A stretch of DNA of 63,208 nt, counting the filler, from Chiloscyllium plagiosum (Eukaryota): assembly GCF_004010195.1 (NCBI RefSeq). It is 5 parts of one record of this genome, joined end to end, with 100 filler letters (N's around TTAATTAATTAA, not from the genome) between each part and the next. Parts side by side here need not be neighbours in the genome. Positions count along the whole stretch, not along the records: positions 56,194 to 62,068 come from NC_057717.1; positions 62,169 to 63,208 come from NC_057717.1; 3 more parts are not named here. One strand, written 5' to 3'. Shown here piece after piece: positions 61,820 through 63,208 of this stretch. How positions within the stretch are numbered: position 1 is the first letter of the stretch; every line of letters begins with the position of its first letter. The notes beneath the pieces are model-generated. The model searched no databases, had not been told where the DNA came from, and worked only from the letters and a program-made list of their open reading frames with translations. The translations under genes were made by a program, and so were the position numbers.

Positions 61820-62068
61820 TAGACAATAGACAATAGATAAATGTATGGTTATCCACTTTGGTGGCAAGAACAGGAAGGCAGATTACTACCTCAATGGAAT
61901 CAATTTAGGCAAAGTGGCAGTACAGAGAGACCTGGGTGTTCTTGTACACCAGTCAATGAAGGCAAGCATGCAGGTATAGCAGGTAGTGAAGAAGGCTAAT
62001 CGCATGCTGGCCTTCATAATAAGAGGAATTGAGTATAGAAGCAAAGAGGTGCTTCTGCAGCTGTACAG
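61820..62068 (+). mobile_element. CR1 RT C-terminal fragment
   Basis: VIHFGGKNRKADYYLNG..RDLGVLVH..RGIEYRSKEVLLQLY. Confidence 0.85.
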
Positions 62069-62168
62069 NNNNNNNNNNNNNNNNNNNNNNNNNNNNNNNN
62101 NNNNNNNNNNNNTTAATTAATTAANNNNNNNNNNNNNNNNNNNNNNNNNNNNNNNNNNNNNNNNNNNN

Positions 62169-63208
62169 GGCCACATTAGTTTTGATACTGGGCAATGACC
62201 AGGCCAGTTGTTAGACTTGGAAGTAGGTGAGCACTTTGGTGATAGAGATCACAATTCTGTAATGTTTACGTTTGTCATAGAAATGGATAGGTGTATACCA
62301 CTGGGCAACAGTTACAGCTGGGGGAAAGGGAATTATGATGCGATTAGGCAAGATTTAGGAAGCATAGGATGGATAGGAAACTGCATTGGATAGGCACATT
62401 AGAAATGTCGAGCTTATTCAGGGAAAAATAACTGTGTCTTAGATAAGTATGTACCTGTCAGGCAGGGAGAAAGCTGTAGAGCGCGGGAGCCGTGGTTTAC
62501 GAAGGAAATAGATTCTCTGATCAAGAGGATGAAGAACTCTTATGTTTAAATGAGATGCGAATGCTCAGTTAGGGCGCTTGAGGGTTACAAGGTAGCTAGG
62601 AAAGACCTGAAGAGAGAGCTCAGAAGAACCAGGCGGAGACATGAGAAGTTGATGGCGGATAGGATCAGGGTAAACCCTAAGGCTTTTGATAGGTATTTAA
62701 GGAATAAAAGAATGATGAGAGTAAGTTTAGGGCCAACCAAACATAGTAGTGGGAAGTTTTGTGTGGAGTCAGAGGACATAGGGGAAGCACTAAATGAATA
62801 CTGTTCAATAGTATTCAGTCTAGAAAACGACGATGTTGTAGAGGAGAATACTGAGATACAGGCTACTAGACGAGGTGGGATTGAGGTTCACAAGGAGGTG
62901 GTATTAGAAATCCTGCAGAGTGTGAAAATACGTAAGCCCCCTGGGCCGGATGTGCTTTATCCTAGGATCCTCTGCAAAGCCGGGGAGAGATTGCCCAGCC
63001 TTTGGCATTGAACTTTAAATCGTCATTGTTTACAGGAATAGTGCCATAAGACTGGAAGATAGCAAATATGTTTCCCATGTTCAAGAAAGGGAGTAGGGAC
63101 AACCCTGTTAATTTTAGATCAGTGAGCCTCACTTCAGTTGTTGGTAAAGTGTTGGAAAAGATTATAAGAGATAGAATTATAACCATCTAGAAAGGAATAA
63201 TTTGATTA
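62169..63208 (+). mobile_element. CR1 ORF2 (end of EN to start of RT), runs off the window
   Basis: GEHFGDRDHN, EPWFTKEI, KPPGPD and DWKIANMFPMFKKG. Confidence 0.9.

Overview
Eukaryotic, repeat-dominated DNA from a cartilaginous fish, probably a shark (inferred from its CR1, Penelope, SINE and ERV families), in a gapped draft assembly. The only recognisable host coding sequence is three paralogous minus-strand first exons of a GPR139/GPR142-like class A GPCR family (5929-6103, 38766-gap, 50984-51116). Each ends in I/T-V-G-V-P/S plus a phase-1 GTAAGT donor and sits in a duplicated promoter-exon-intron cassette. No matching 7TM exon 2 is visible anywhere, including the gap-free 39304-50983 interval. 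This suggests either orphan exons or an array of variable first exons sharing a constant exon. The rest is nested mobile DNA: two Gmr1-type Gypsy elements (one with integrase upstream of RT), solo LTRs, two class I endogenous retroviruses (one pol-deleted but env-bearing), CR1/L2/L1 LINEs, tRNA SINEs and several Penelope-like insertions carrying minimal hammerhead ribozyme motifs (one almost intact at 15482-15523). A CCAAT/NRF1/YY1 housekeeping-type promoter lies at about 57.2-58.1 kb. All alignments and counts were made by eye, and family names come from recall rather than database searches.
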